Assembly (NCBI GenBank): GCA_951804945.1
Contig: OX638151.1
Coordinates: 69,006,001-69,070,000, forward strand
Source of the DNA: Podarcis cretensis
Lineage: Eukaryota
DNA: 64,000 bases
Direction: 5' to 3'
Below, piece after piece: positions 12,799 through 25,809 of the stretch (position 1 is its first letter; every line of letters starts with the position of its first letter). A program made the position numbers and the translations under genes. A model generated the notes under the pieces. It was not told the origin of the DNA. It ran no database searches and saw only the letters and a list, made by a program, of their open reading frames with translations.

Positions 12799-13029
12799 TT
12801 ATTGTCACCTGTGTGCAGTGTATGGTCAGCACTTTGAGCCATACCTGGAAGCAAACTAGTAATCAATGCAAATGGTCAAGAACTATATTTCTATTGCAAT
12901 ATCTGAATTCTATCTCCCAAATAGTGCTGATTTTATATTTTCCCCCTTTTCCATCATTGACCTAGAAACACAGACATTGTTTTAAGTTTCTTTTTACTAA
13001 AGAACCTTATATTTACTACTTTTTTATAG

Positions 13030-13068
13030 AGGGACACGCTGATCTAAGTGCAACAAAGAAAGATAAAT
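13030..13068 (+). CDS. TRDN: Triadin penultimate exon, 39 nt (xGHADLSATKKDK)
   Basis: tactacttttttatAG acceptor, GTgagt donor; resembles human EGTEDVSPTKQK. Confidence 0.85.
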
Positions 13069-13515
13069 GTGAGTTTGTAACTGGAATGTTTTCTTACTGT
13101 ATCTTATTTCTATTAATAAAATGAGAATGGTGTATGTGAGGTTCAATTTCAGTTTGATTTGAAAGATCATGTCATTTCTAGGTCATAATATTGGATTTGT
13201 TGTGTAGAGGTAAACAAGCATGGGGGAGATGAGATTGCAGGGGGGAGCGGTTAGCATTCACCTTGGTGTGATGGCACCAGGTCTAACTATGTTGAAGAAA
13301 GTCAATCCTGACAATATTATAGATTTATATGGGAGCTATCTGAGTATACTATATATCAAGTGTGGGGAACCTGTGGCCCTCCAGATGTTGTTGATCCCCA
13401 GCCTGCATGGCGAATGGTCAGGAATGATGGGAGTTAGAGTCAAACAACAGTCAGTATAGAAGTAAAGTAGGAATGTCAACCTACACTTTGGTAAACTTTG
13501 CGTTTCCTCAAATTA

Positions 13516-13757
13516 CAGTGGTACCTCAGGTTAAGTACTTAATTTGTTCCGGAGGTCCATTCTTAACCTGAAACTGTTCTTAACCTGAAGCACCACTTTA
13601 GCTAATGGGGCTTCTTGCTGCCTCCACGCTGCCGGAGCACGATTTCTGTTCTCATCCTGAAGCAAGGTTCTTAACCTGAAGCACTATTTCTGGGTTAGCA
13701 GAGTCTGTAACCTGAAGCGTATGTAACCTGAAGCGTATGTAACCTGAGGTACCACTG
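13516..13757 (+). mobile_element. Tc1/mariner(pogo)-type MITE, 242-bp family, copy 1
   Basis: TIR CAGTGGTACCT/AGGTACCACTG, TA TSD, internal TAACCTGAAGC repeats. Confidence 0.92.
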
Positions 13758-13832
13758 TAATGCCATTTTAATGCAATAGTGACCAAAATCAAATGTTAAT
13801 GACCATTCTTTTTCTTTTCTTTTCCTTACCAG

Positions 13833-13978
13833 CTGCTGTCCGCTACTATCAGTGTGTCTTTGTAAATGGATACAATGGGCATAAATCCCAACACCCTGTT
13901 ACTCCAGCTCCAGACTACAAAGGGAAGGCCGGACAGCCAAAGACTTCTGGGCCAAAGACCAAGGCACCAAAACAATAA
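13833..13978 (+). CDS. TRDN: Triadin terminal coding exon of the long skeletal isoform (SAVRYYQCVFVNGYNGHKSQHPVTPAP...KQ*)
   Basis: Long pyrimidine tract ending ccAG at 13832; YYQCVFVNGYNG..PVTPA matches human FFQCVYLDGYNG..PFTPA; stop TAA 13976-13978; convergent with CLVS2 as in human. Confidence 0.93.
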
Positions 13979-15491
13979 GAGTCACGCAACCTGCGACATT
14001 ATGACAATTTTGCACTTTGTGCCCTCTACAGAGGGCCACGTGAAATCCATTGACACCTGTGATCATAGAAATGTGATCCAATAGGTCACATGCACTTGGA
14101 AAGGTTGTCTGCTCATCTCCAGAGGAGCAGAGGCAAAAAGAGGGGAGATGTAACAGCATTTTAGAGAATCTCCAAGTACTCCTTTCCTGAAGGGAAGCAT
14201 GGGGCTGAAATAGTACTTGACAAAAAGTAAAGTTGTGTGTGTGTGTGTGTGTGTGTAGGGGGATGTTCTTACAGATGTTTCCGTCTTGTGTTTTTCAAGT
14301 CTTGTTGGAACAAAAAGCATTTTCCAAGTATCAATTTACAACAAATGTCCCACTCAAAAATACTTAGGCATAGGAAGAAAAATTTGTGACAGTATTTTCA
14401 ATCTATGCTTGTGTTCATTTAAATGGATCAATGCCAAAGTTATTTGCTGAATCATAACTCGGTTTCAGGAGCTTTTCTTTTGTCCTTAAAGAATACACTG
14501 TATAGCAATCTGATGATCTCTTTGGAGGCATGCAAAGAAAACCTGCCATATATTTGCTTCTATGTATCCGTAAAGATAAATTCAATTATTTCCCAGTTTT
14601 CTTTTAAAAAATCAAGGATATGCCGGGCTAGCAGAGATGAACTAAATGAAGGATAAAGGGTTTAGGGGTTTTTAGACATAAACTTGGTGTTTTAAATTTT
14701 TTCATATGCATTATCCCCAAACTATTCCAAATCATATTCAGTATTAGCATACAATGTATAAATGGGAAAAACCAGTTAACTATTTGGCCCTGGAGAGATA
14801 CAGTGGGAAACTATGCTACTATTATTGAAGCAAATTATGTACTCAGCTATATATGTCTTATTTTGTGCTGTACTGTCCCAATTAGACAAAGTAAGATTAT
14901 GCTCAGTTTTGCTGCATTTCCACAAACACTACACTCTTAATTACTTTTAATTTGGAGAGTTGAAATGAGCATCTAACTCCTAATCTATCTTATTTTATGT
15001 TTGAGACTGATTTCTTAGCATCAAAATGAAATGCACAATATTGGTCTAGATGAGGATGTCGGAATATCATTATTCCAATTGTCAGTCACAGTAAGTCTGT
15101 AAATAATAATGTGTCCTTGCAAACAAGTTGTTCCATGTAGTCGTGTTTTGTCTATGTTGTTTTACACTTGTAGTTACAATGTCAAACCTCATGAATGTTT
15201 GTAGGATACTTCTTTAGACAAATCTACTTAACACATGTAAACTTTATTGTGTATACTATGTTTCCAGAAGGAAGATAACATTACCATAGAACTGGCATTT
15301 ATTTTTATAGGAAGGTACAATTCTTCAGATTAACTGTGCCTTAAAAGACTTGACCAGTTCACGACAATGTTTGGACATCTCTTTTTTTCACCTCTAGGTC
15401 AAGCTAGAAGTGACTGGAATTCATAACAGTCCAATTACTGCCACTAGTGGAAGGGAGGAAGTCCACTATGTGTTGGACTGGTACCTGGTAA

Positions 15492-15578
15492 TGCAATCCT
15501 ACGGATGGCTTCTCAAAAGTAAGTCCCACTGAGTTCAGCGGGGCTTACTTCCAGGACACTGGGTATAAGATAGAAGCC
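15492..15578. repeat. Old ~85-bp palindromic MITE family (also ~1159-1235, 3266-3327, 39868-39958, 46903-46997, 49553-49637)
   Basis: Recurrent pattern gcaatcct...gtaagtcccaytgagttca...cttact...aggattg. Confidence 0.6.
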
Positions 15579-18500
15579 TAAATCAAAAGAGACCTAAGTA
15601 ATTTAACTACATGGTAAATTATCCAGTGGGAAGAATAGCTCATTGGAAGTACAGACTTGCAGGACTGCTTCCTTTGCTATAGACTTTTCCATGGATAAGT
15701 AAAATGAGTAAGGATAACAACTTTAACCAACGAAGTTGTTTTGGAAAACAACAACTCTAGTGCCTTTTCAGTGTATCTACAAAAGGCATTTCTGATATCT
15801 CTCAGTGCAACTGTATCTATAGATACAAAAGTGACTGACCTTTTTGATATCATGTCACACTTGGTGAAATAATTCATACTTTATACCTCATAAGAAACAT
15901 CAAGACTTTTAACAGTGCCTGATCAAGATGTGAAATTGCGGAGCTGGTGTCAGATTAATTTGTCACCAGACCACCTAGATCAGGAATGAACTATGCTAAA
16001 CAATGAGTGCAGAGGTTTCAGACCCCAAATGCAGGATCTGGCCTCTTGTAGATGGATGGCATCTACCTCCAACCTTATGACACACAGAAACCTTAAGGTT
16101 CTGTCATTATTTTTTTCTTAGCTTTGTCTATTGTGTAGTATAGATGAATTGGCTTTCCAAAGACCTGCCAGTTTAGCTTTCTTTAAGCCAAAGAATTAGC
16201 ACAAGTTTTCTTGAGGATTTCATTTGTTGCTCATTTTTGCGAGTTTCAGTTAAAACTTTTTTTAGCATTTTAATTTGGGCTTTTTGAAGATTTCACCTTC
16301 TCAGTGTTATTTAACTGTAGAAAGTACCATAGCGCATTTGAGAATCGATTTCCTTCTTTTTTTCCTTCCAATACCAGAAGGGCTTAGACCAGGAAATAAA
16401 TAGCTAGCTTTAATCACAATGTCAAAATGGTATGAATCAGACCTTGGCCCTTGATCTCGGAAATATTAATTGCTTTGCTTTGCAGATGAGTTGAATGTTG
16501 CTTCATAAAGCCAATTAATCTGAAACCTTGATATACCATTACTTGAATTGCATGTTTTATCCAGAGAAACTTAACTTTGAAAGATGGGTATATTTGTTGC
16601 TAGGGATTTTGCAAAACAAAATGCATGTCTCCTAGTGGCTGTGATACATTCTTATCAGTGTGAGAATTGGGGGGGGGGCACCTAAAAGTAGCTTTGTTTA
16701 TGTATAGCTCTAAACAAATTTCCTGTCCATGCTCATATTGTTATCACCAAGAATTAAATATAATGAGTCTCTTTCTACATGGGTCATGTTCAATGTGTGC
16801 ATTGTTACAATTTCACTCAACATCTTTAGCCAAAATCCTAAAAAAAAAAAAATGCTTTTGTGTGAGAGCAAAGACTACAAGAGATGTTGTCTAAGAACTA
16901 TTCTTACCAGAGACCTGGTGTTAAAAGACAAAATCTTCATCACAAAAATATAAATCCCAGTGTTTTAAGATAAATATGCTATGGTTAAATTTCTGACAGG
17001 AGATAGGGATTAGAAGCATAAAGCTTTGTTAGACATCTTGTATGGCATCCCTAGGTGGGTTCAGGAAGGAGTAGCAGACATCACATATCAGGTCCTGCTA
17101 GCTAACAATAACTAGGATAGAAGCAGGTGGCAGATATTTTTTCCTTACCTTTTCACTATGCCATGTGCTGGTGTACCTGAGGGATTCAAAAGATGTAGCC
17201 CTTTGGGGAGTGCATGGGGGGACTGGATCCGGCAGATCCAAAGCTGCCCCCATCCTTGAAAAACCCTGTTTTGTGGCCCATCACCTGAAGCCTGGCAGTA
17301 TTTTTGCCCTACTAGCACAGAGGAAGCAAAGTGTCGTTCTAACCCTACTGTAGCTATTAACATCAACAGATTAGGACTGCACTCTAAGAACTTCAAGAAA
17401 AGGAAAGAAAGGTCAGGGGAGGAACACATAAAATTAAAATAGAGCTATTGGTAACAGGAAAAAAATTCTGTTACGTTGGTAAGTAAACATTTGAATACGA
17501 CCTAAGACTGGTTTTCCACAACTTCCACTGTGTATGAGATGCCACATGGATCTCCCAGTTGCCCAAGTAGCAGCACTACATGAATCACTCTGGGAATGGC
17601 TCAAGCATAAGCAAAGAGAAATACTATGGTGGGAATTGGTAGATTTACAGGCACTTGTGTGTAAATAAGGAGAGTATAAATATGGCTAGGAAGCTATGTG
17701 AAAAGGACACAAGATCTGAGAATTATTACACAGTGAACAGAAGCGGACATGTTTTACAAATGGGAGGGGAACAGAGTCATAAGATGAAAGCATAAAAAGT
17801 GGCTGTAAGAGGGGGGAAACGGGGACAAATCACCATTTTGAAGTTGGGAGAGGAATGCTGAGAAAATTTGAGAGAAGATGCACAGGGAAAGTGAAGGGCA
17901 TGCAGACACTGAGTATAAGCTGGATGAGAAAGTGAAATGTTTGGTCTTGAGTTTTGAGAAACAATGACACACTATCGGGGTTTGATAGTGCTGTTGTGTG
18001 GCTCCCACAATGGGTTAATGCTATGTTCCTTAGCACTTAGTGTTAAATCACTATTGGTTAGTGGTTTCCACCAGCCCTCTGTACGTCCTGTAGGTCATCA
18101 CTCCATACCCATTCTCTCCAGAGGTTTTCCACACAGAACTTGTGTGAGCAGAACTTTCTGCTGAGGCAAAGCCACAACTAGATTCCAGGCTTTCTCCAGA
18201 TCTCAGGACATCAAGCCTATCATGCCTATTTCATTCTCTTGGAAATTCTGATTAATTTCATAATAAGGGTATTTAAACAGACAATGGGGCATTATTATTT
18301 AGCCCTAGTAGGCACTCAGTGGTTGATTTCAGGTGCCTGAATTAGAAACAGTCTCCCACACACACAAAAGAACATTTCAGCCCTGCCCACCACACCCCCA
18401 ATTCATTTCACTATTGTATATCTGTGGGCTGCAAGAAATAGGCTCTTGTTGTGATGAAGGTTGCATCCAAAAGGCTCTTCAAAAGAAAAATTAACCAAGG

Positions 18501-20909
18501 ACAGGAAATGTTTTGTTTTGTTTTGTTTTGTTTTGTGTGTTTGAATGCATTCTCCGTCTGGATAGTTATTTGGTACACACCTTGGCATACTACTAAAATG
18601 TTTCTGTTCCAGGAGTACGCCTCCTTAATATCTTTGTTCTTCAAAATATATTTGATATAGCAGATATTTTGTCATCTCCTAAATGTTGTAATTAATTCTG
18701 TGATACTTTAGGGGGGACGAGGGAGGGGGCATATCATCCTTTAGATTGAGATGCTTGTTTGGAAACTTGAGGTTGTACTTACCCAAAGAGGCATTTAACA
18801 AACAAATGCACTGTTTGGTTTATGTCAAACTGCCCAATGTTATAAAACGTGTCAGTGATTCATGATTTAGAAGGCCTCACCTATTCTCCTAAATAAAATG
18901 CAGATTCTTTCAACAATGCTTCCCATTTATTTTAGTTAAATACAGCTTCGTTATCTTATAATGATACTATTCATAATTCAAAATATTCTTCAGAGTGCCA
19001 GTGGCAGCCTGTGCTCATTAGGACTAGGGGGATGGAAAGCTAAGAGACCAGCAGTAAGTGGAGCCCAAGCCAATGAGAATAGGAGCCAACTAATGGTCCT
19101 CCATCTTCTCCCTGCCGAATTTTACAAGGGCCAACACTGAGAATAAGGAGGAGCAAACTGATAGCTGGTGGCACACCTGAACTAGTCTGACGTAAGGCAG
19201 ACTGAGATTGGTGGGGACAGTGCTCTACTCAGCCTAACAGATGAGCCTCTACTACAGAATGATACTGCTTCACGTTCCTAAGTTTGGATATTCACATCTT
19301 GCTGTAGGGTCATTTGGGGTTTGGCATTTGACCTGCTATTGTCTACTCCCTTTGACTATGCAAAGTCTGAATAAACAAATTCACATTATCTGAGATAATG
19401 CAAAATTTAAATGAGCAGGACTAGCTGAGAGCAAGAAAACAGGAGAGAAGGGAAACTGATACCTTGTGCGTGACCTGTGTGACACAAGCCCAGGGCTCAC
19501 AAACCATCAACCACCCCACACGTGCAAAGCACGATGTGTAGTGTGGAGCCAATACATGTCTGCAGTTCCTATCGACACGTGCCGTCCTTATGCTCCACTG
19601 GGCTGTGTGTAAGTAGAGCAGGGACAGCCTACACTGCAGTGCTCCACCACAAATATGTCATTAATATCAGGGCTATGCATGAACAAACCATCACACATAC
19701 ACTATGCCACAAGGAACCCACCTGTAATAACTTGCCACCATAAATGAGGCGTCTTTCTGACTATCAAGTCCTAGTTGCAACCACTACCGTTCCCAGAAAC
19801 CCCATAATTACTGGCCACAGGAACCACATGACTTACACTTGGTACCTATTTGCTAGTTTCTGGCTCAATGTTTCATTCCACCTTTATGGCCAACTGCTGT
19901 CTTTCCCTTCATTCTTCACGCTCTTTGCTTGTTCTGTTTTCTTTTCCCTAGGAATGTTTCCATATTCTTGGCAATTCTGGCAACAGTGAAGGATCGGCCT
20001 TGCTACTTTTACTCCCTCTGACACAATACTAGCTGTGGCAAGTGGGAGGTTGAACCTCAACAGTGATGCTCTCCCTGCTTGCCCATGAACATTCATTCAT
20101 TCATTTCATGAGGGATACAGTCAGGCATTTTGACGTCTCTGCCACCGTGCGTCTAGCACATTTGTCAGACACAGGAGAAGGAATATCAGTCAACATTCAA
20201 TGGGTGTCTCCACCATAGCATATGTTGAAATTAAGGACCCATGTTGATCTATAGCTGTCCACATTCACTGAGTTTCTACATATTCTACACATCTTTTTAG
20301 TTTCCAAAGGTATAAGCAAACCGACCCACCCACCCCAATAGTCTGTCCTTTCACTTTTAATCTGTGCAGATCAGAGAGGATGCTATTTTGCTCATGAGCA
20401 AGCAGAAGAAATTAAATTAGCAAGCACATTCAATTACAGATTTCAGCCACTGTGAACTTAGCAAATAACATGTCTTAGCCCCTTGCATTACTCTAGATTT
20501 TCAAAGGCTGTTAAGGAAATAATTTTCTAGGTCTAGTTTGTTCTCTGACACAGCTTAAATGAATTATGCATTAGAACATGCCTTAGGTACAAACTGCCAC
20601 AAAAACTCAATACTTCGCATTTGCAAGCATAGTTACACTTTCCCTAAATATTAAATACTGTTAAGCTGTGGGACAAATAGCCTTAAATTAAACCAACATT
20701 TATAAATAAATAAATGCTGATTTTGTACTTCCTGGCCTTCTGAAGTATATTTTCTCCCCGTATGAGGATTCCCCATTACCATTTACATTTTATCAGATTT
20801 AAAATTCTACTTCTGGTCATTCAAATATTCAGGCATCCAATACATATCCTTCAGTATGGAAGATCTTCAGTATGCAAGGCCACTCAAGTGTCCCATCTAG
20901 AAACTACAA

Positions 20910-20913
<4 letters not shown>

Positions 20914-20980
<67 letters not shown>
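20914..20980. repeat. Compound (GT)n(AG)n microsatellite
   Basis: Direct reading. Confidence 0.95.
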
Positions 20981-20983
<3 letters not shown>

Positions 20984-21132
20984 AGGCTAACATGGCTGGT
21001 CTTGCAGCAGAGCAGCCAATAGATGAATTCTGTCACTCTACCCACAGCTGCCTGTACGATTAAAAAAACCTAATCACTGAAGAGGATGTGCTAGCAGAAG
21101 TAAGTGAGCTAACGGAAAGTGAATACGTCTAA

Positions 21133-21303
21133 GGTGGAATCTACACACATATAAAGAAACACTGTGAAAATGCATTTTTAAAAAACGTTTTGAAAAATAC
21201 ATTGAATTTTGCATAGCTTACTATCGCCATCTAGTGCCACATTTGTATATTGCACTTTACAACACATTTAAAACGTTTTATTTGCAGCTGTGTAACTGAG
21301 TCC
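21133..21303. mobile_element. Putative PIF/Harbinger-type MITE
   Basis: TAA flanks, GG...CC ends, imperfect TIR around TACAC. Confidence 0.45.
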
Positions 21304-22131
21304 TAAGAAATAGATGTGTGGTGTGGTGGAAGCAGAGGGAAAAGCAAACTGGGAATCGTAGAAAAATGTGGAAGAAGATGAAGGGGTGGAGCCTGTAATA
21401 ATTTGCAGGGCAGATCGCTCTTATGGGCTTGCAAAGAGGATTGTGCAGTATCTCTGCCTCAGCTGCCCTTGTTAGATGCACCTTCAGTGGCAGAGGCACT
21501 TGTTCTCATTGGCTTGGCTATAGCCAATACTAATCAGGCTGAAAGAAAGATCTTCTCAACCTATGGTTGTGACTTAATCCCTGTCCTAGGCTGTGCAATC
21601 CACTCTGCAAATAAGAAAAGGGTTGAATAGAGCGTATTTGTGATGAAGAGGTGTTTGTGATTTGCATGGCAACAAAAGTCAGTTTAAGCACAGCCATGGC
21701 GGATGATGGGACACGTGCAAGTCTTCTTGCCCCCCAGCAAGTATTTCAGAGCTTGCATTTTTCATCATTCTGTCGCTGCCATTTGAATGTTGTTTCCCCT
21801 TCCTTTCACGACTTTAAAAAACATCAGATGTTTCTCTGACTTTGCAAGGGCAGGGAGTCGGAATTAAAAGAAAGCCAAAGCAAATGGGAGGCTGTGGATA
21901 GGAATGTAGAATAGGATGCCAACTGGTGTTCTGATCAGAGATGGGGAGAAAAACCACTCTCAATCTTGTGCAAATTCTGCAGTGCAAATAATAATCCATT
22001 GACCATTTTTCAGCATCGAAAGCTGCTTCAAGCAGGGATGACCATAAGCAGAGAAGAGGAAGCGTTGAACATTTTCCCACCAGCCATTTAACCCAAGTGG
22101 AGTTTCCTCCCCCAGGCTTTAACCTCAAGTA

Positions 22132-22373
22132 CAGTGGTACCTCGGGTTAAGTACTTAATTCGTTCCAGAGGTCCATACTTAACCTGAAACTGTTCTTAAC
22201 CTGAAGCACCACTTTAGCTAATGGGGCCTCCTGCTGCCCCTGCGCCGCCAGAGCCCGATTTCTGTTCTAATCCTGAAGCAAAGTTCTTAACCTGAAGCAC
22301 TATTTCTAGGTTAGCGGAGTGTGTAACCTGAAGTGTATATAACCTGAAGCGTATGTAACCCGAGGTACCACTG
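22132..22373 (+). mobile_element. 242-bp MITE, copy 2
   Basis: Same TIRs, TA TSD, collinear with copy 1. Confidence 0.92.
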
Positions 22374-22857
22374 TACTTTTAATTCTGTGCTTCTGCTCAT
22401 GGGACCAACATATTCCCACTGCTACCATCTCCCAATGTTACCTGGATCAAAATTTAATCCAAACTTTCATTTTTTCTAATTCAGCCATGTAGCTTGTGTT
22501 CCTAGTATTGAATATGGACTAATATGGTGGTAATGAATTGGACTGGCATCACTGATCTCAATTTAAAATGAGGAAAAAACAACCTGCAACAATAATTTGA
22601 ATGCAGTTACTTGTATGAACAATGACATATTATGTCAAAAGGAACCAATTAATATTTAGTGAGAAATTGTATCTCTTAGTGGAAATGGATACATCAATCT
22701 GCGTGTAAACATTAAGATGTAGTTAGTTAATTTCGCCACCCAGTACATAACCATTAGTATAGTAATAATAAACAAGGTAAAAATATTTTTCACATATAGG
22801 GGCTCAACTGTTACAAGATCTGTAGTGCACCAATGCAAACATTCATATAAACAAATA

Positions 22858-23230
22858 CCTTTTTTTATATAAAAAAAAGTATTATTTGCATTTTTACACA
22901 CAGTTTAAAAAAAAGTTCAGTAAAGAATATACAAAGAAAAATGGAAACAAAACCATGACAATCCAAGGACACAACACAAAACACCTAAGGACTTCCCTTC
23001 CTCTTCTTCTCTGGTATCTTTTCTTTTCCCTCTCTTCCACATATTCCAAGTTACCAAATTCTACTTCTTACTCATTATCTCCTGCTTCCTCATATACTGC
23101 TGAATTTATTCAAGTCCTGCTAATCTGTTCACTTGTTTATACTGATTTTTTAAATACTCTACAAACATTTTCCAATCCTTTTTGTATTTTTGATCACATG
23201 AACAAATATCTTACACATGTATTCAACTAA
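22858..23230 (-). mobile_element. Older L1 3' stub
   Basis: Minus-strand KDWKMFVEYLKNQ resembles the ORF2 end EDWKKFKDYLQKY of the neighbouring L1; followed by a T-rich UTR and A-rich tail. Confidence 0.65.
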
Positions 23231-23395
23231 AAGGCCAATTCTGGGCAATTTGCAAAACTCCTCTGAGGAACTTTACTGGAGACAATTGCACGTGCCCAGT
23301 TTTTATTAAGCATTCATTCTTATTTATATATGGGGTGATTATATGACAGTAAACATCCTAATTTATCTGTGGGAAATTTATACATTTCCTTATTA

Positions 23396-23637
23396 CAGTG
23401 GTACCTTGGGTTAAGTACTTAATTCGTTCTGGAGGTCCGTTCTTAACCTGAAACTGTTCTTAACCTGAGGTACCACTTTAGCTAATGGGGCCTCCTGCTG
23501 CCCCTGCACCGCCGGAGCACAATTTCTGTTCTCAACCTGAAGCAAAGTTCTTAACCCGCGGTACTATTTGTGGGTTAGCGGAGTCTGTAACCTGAAGCGT
23601 CTGTAACCTGAAGCGTATGTAACCCAAGGTACCACTG
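23396..23637 (+). mobile_element. 242-bp MITE, copy 3
   Basis: Same TIRs, TA TSD, collinear with copy 1. Confidence 0.92.
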
Positions 23638-23774
23638 TATTTGTTCATCCCACATTTTTAAAATTCTATTTATCCATTTATTTGCAATCTGCAAAAGATC
23701 TGGATATGAGCTTGATGTCTTCCTGTACTATCCAGAGGCACCCAAAGACTATTCCCTCACCCTCATTCTTATAT

Positions 23775-25144
23775 ATATATATTTTATATATAAGATATTT
23801 ATTGGAGTTTTTTTAAAAAAAAATGATACAAAAAAAACAAGAAAAGGAAACAACAAAAGTATAAAAATACAGAAATATAAAAATACAGAAATAAAAACAA
23901 TTTAAAAAAACACATACAATTTCCATTCACTTATTTTCTTTTAACTTATTTTCCCGACCTCCTCACACCTCCCTTTCTTATATTCCAATTCAGGTTATTT
24001 GTTCAGCAAATCCTCACCATTAGTTCTTTTACTTATTTCAAAACCTTATTTTCCATATCTCTTAGCATTACAGCTGGAAACCATTTTCTTTCTTTCCATC
24101 ATCATTCTAACATTCATTAATTTTACAATATTTCTGCAAATAGTCTTTAAACTTCTTCCAATCTTCTTCCGCCGACTCTTTTCCCTGGTCTCGGATTCTG
24201 CCGGTCATTTCTGCCAGTCCCATATAATCGATCATCTTCATCTGCCATTCTTCCAGAGTGGGTAAATCTTGTGTCTTCCAATATTTTGCAATCAATATTC
24301 TTGCTGCTGTTGTAGCATACATAAAAACGGTTCTGTCTTTCTTTGGCACCAATTGGCCAACCATGCCCAGGAGAAAGGCCTCTGGTTTCTTCAAGAAGGT
24401 ATATTTAAATACCTTTTTCATTTCATTATAGATCATTTCCCAGAAAGCCTTAATCCTTGGGCACGTCCACCAAAGGTGAAAGAATGTACCTTCAGTTTCT
24501 TTAGATTTCCAACATTTATTATCAGGCAAGTGATAAATTTTTGCAAGCTTGACTGGGGTCATGTACCACCTATACATCATTTTCATAATATTCTCTCTTA
24601 AGGCATTACATGCCGTAAATTTCAATCCGGTGGTCCATAACTGTTCCCAGTCAGCAAACATAATATTATGTCCAACATCCTGTGCCCATTTAATCATAAC
24701 AGACTTCACTGTTTCATCCTGCGTATTCCATTTCAACAGCAAGTTATACATCTTTGACAAAATCTTAGTTTTAGGTCCTAGCAATTCTGTTTCTAGTTTC
24801 GATTTTTCCACCTGGAAACCAATTTTCTTGTCTAATTTAAAAGCCTCCATTATCTGATGATAATGAAGCCAATCTCTCACTTTATCTTTTAATTTTTCAA
24901 AACTCTGCAATTTCCATTTGTCTCCTTCTTGCACCAAAATTTCCCAATATTTTGGCCATTTGGACTCCATATTAAGTCTTTTAAGAGCTTTCGCTTCCAT
25001 TGGTGACAACCACCTTGGGGTTTTATTTTCCAATAAATCTTTGTATCTTATCCAAACATTAAACAATGCTTTCCTAACAATATGGTTTTTGAATGCTTTA
25101 TGTACTTTAACCTTGTCGTGCCATAAATATGCATGCCACCCAAA
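23775..25144 (-). mobile_element. 5'-truncated L1-clade LINE (ORF2 C-terminus plus 3' UTR)
   Basis: Stop-free frame 25143-24107 with zinc-knuckle-like CWKS..H..WTC; AATAAA at 23803-23798; AT-rich tail; perfect 18-bp TSD TCACCCTCATTCTTATAT at 23757-23774 and 25145-25162. Confidence 0.93.
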
Positions 25145-25394
25145 TCACCCTCATTCTTATATGGCTTCCTTCTGCTTTCTGATTCTCATATTCTATTTAC
25201 ATGCACCCAGGTAAAAAGCTAAGTACTGTATAACATTAAGATTAAACGGACTTCTTTTAATTACAAGCCATCCTGCAATTCTGGTGCTTCAACCTCATCC
25301 TTCCTGAGAGAATGCAAGACCTTTCACATCGTTTTGTAAGTAATAAAAAATTGTGTTGAATGGGGTTCGCTTGGTTCAAGTTCCAATCTTGCTA

Positions 25395-25609
25395 CAACAT
25401 ACAACGTTGCCAGATTCTGCACAGCCGCACTCAAGATTCAGCGGATGATGACCTGTGCCACAAACTAGATATAATGAGCACTCGTATTGGAGGGCTCTGT
25501 AGACTGATAGCTGTGGTCTTATATATACTAGCCTTGTTGCGCTCTTTCACTCTTTTCTGATGTTCCTAACCCTTCTTTTAGACTTTCTTAGCCTCTTTTG
25601 GATTCTTAT

Positions 25610-25671
<62 letters not shown>

Positions 25672-25809
25672 GCACACATACTGTATTCTGTTTATACTCC
25701 TTTTAGTTTTTTTTAGTTTTTTATACTTTATTTTTAAATGATTTTAAATTATGTACCCCTCCCTACTTACGCTGGTCTACGGCCGTTATAAAGTGTTGTT
25801 GTTGTTGTT
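25395..25809 (+). mobile_element. LINE 3' end, possibly RTE-X-like, with internal (TA)n(CA)n
   Basis: YNVARFCTAALKIQ remnant; end motif gctggtctacggccgttataaa followed by (GTT)n. Confidence 0.4.

Noticed and set aside
13660-13757. 16-bp periodic repeats suggesting a CRISPR-like array
   Set aside because: Subterminal repeats of a MITE; no unique spacers or cas genes, and the context is vertebrate
13979-17000. TRDN polyadenylation site
   Set aside because: No convincing canonical AATAAA spotted near the stop; a TGTAAATA element at ~15098 suggests UTR but the end cannot be placed
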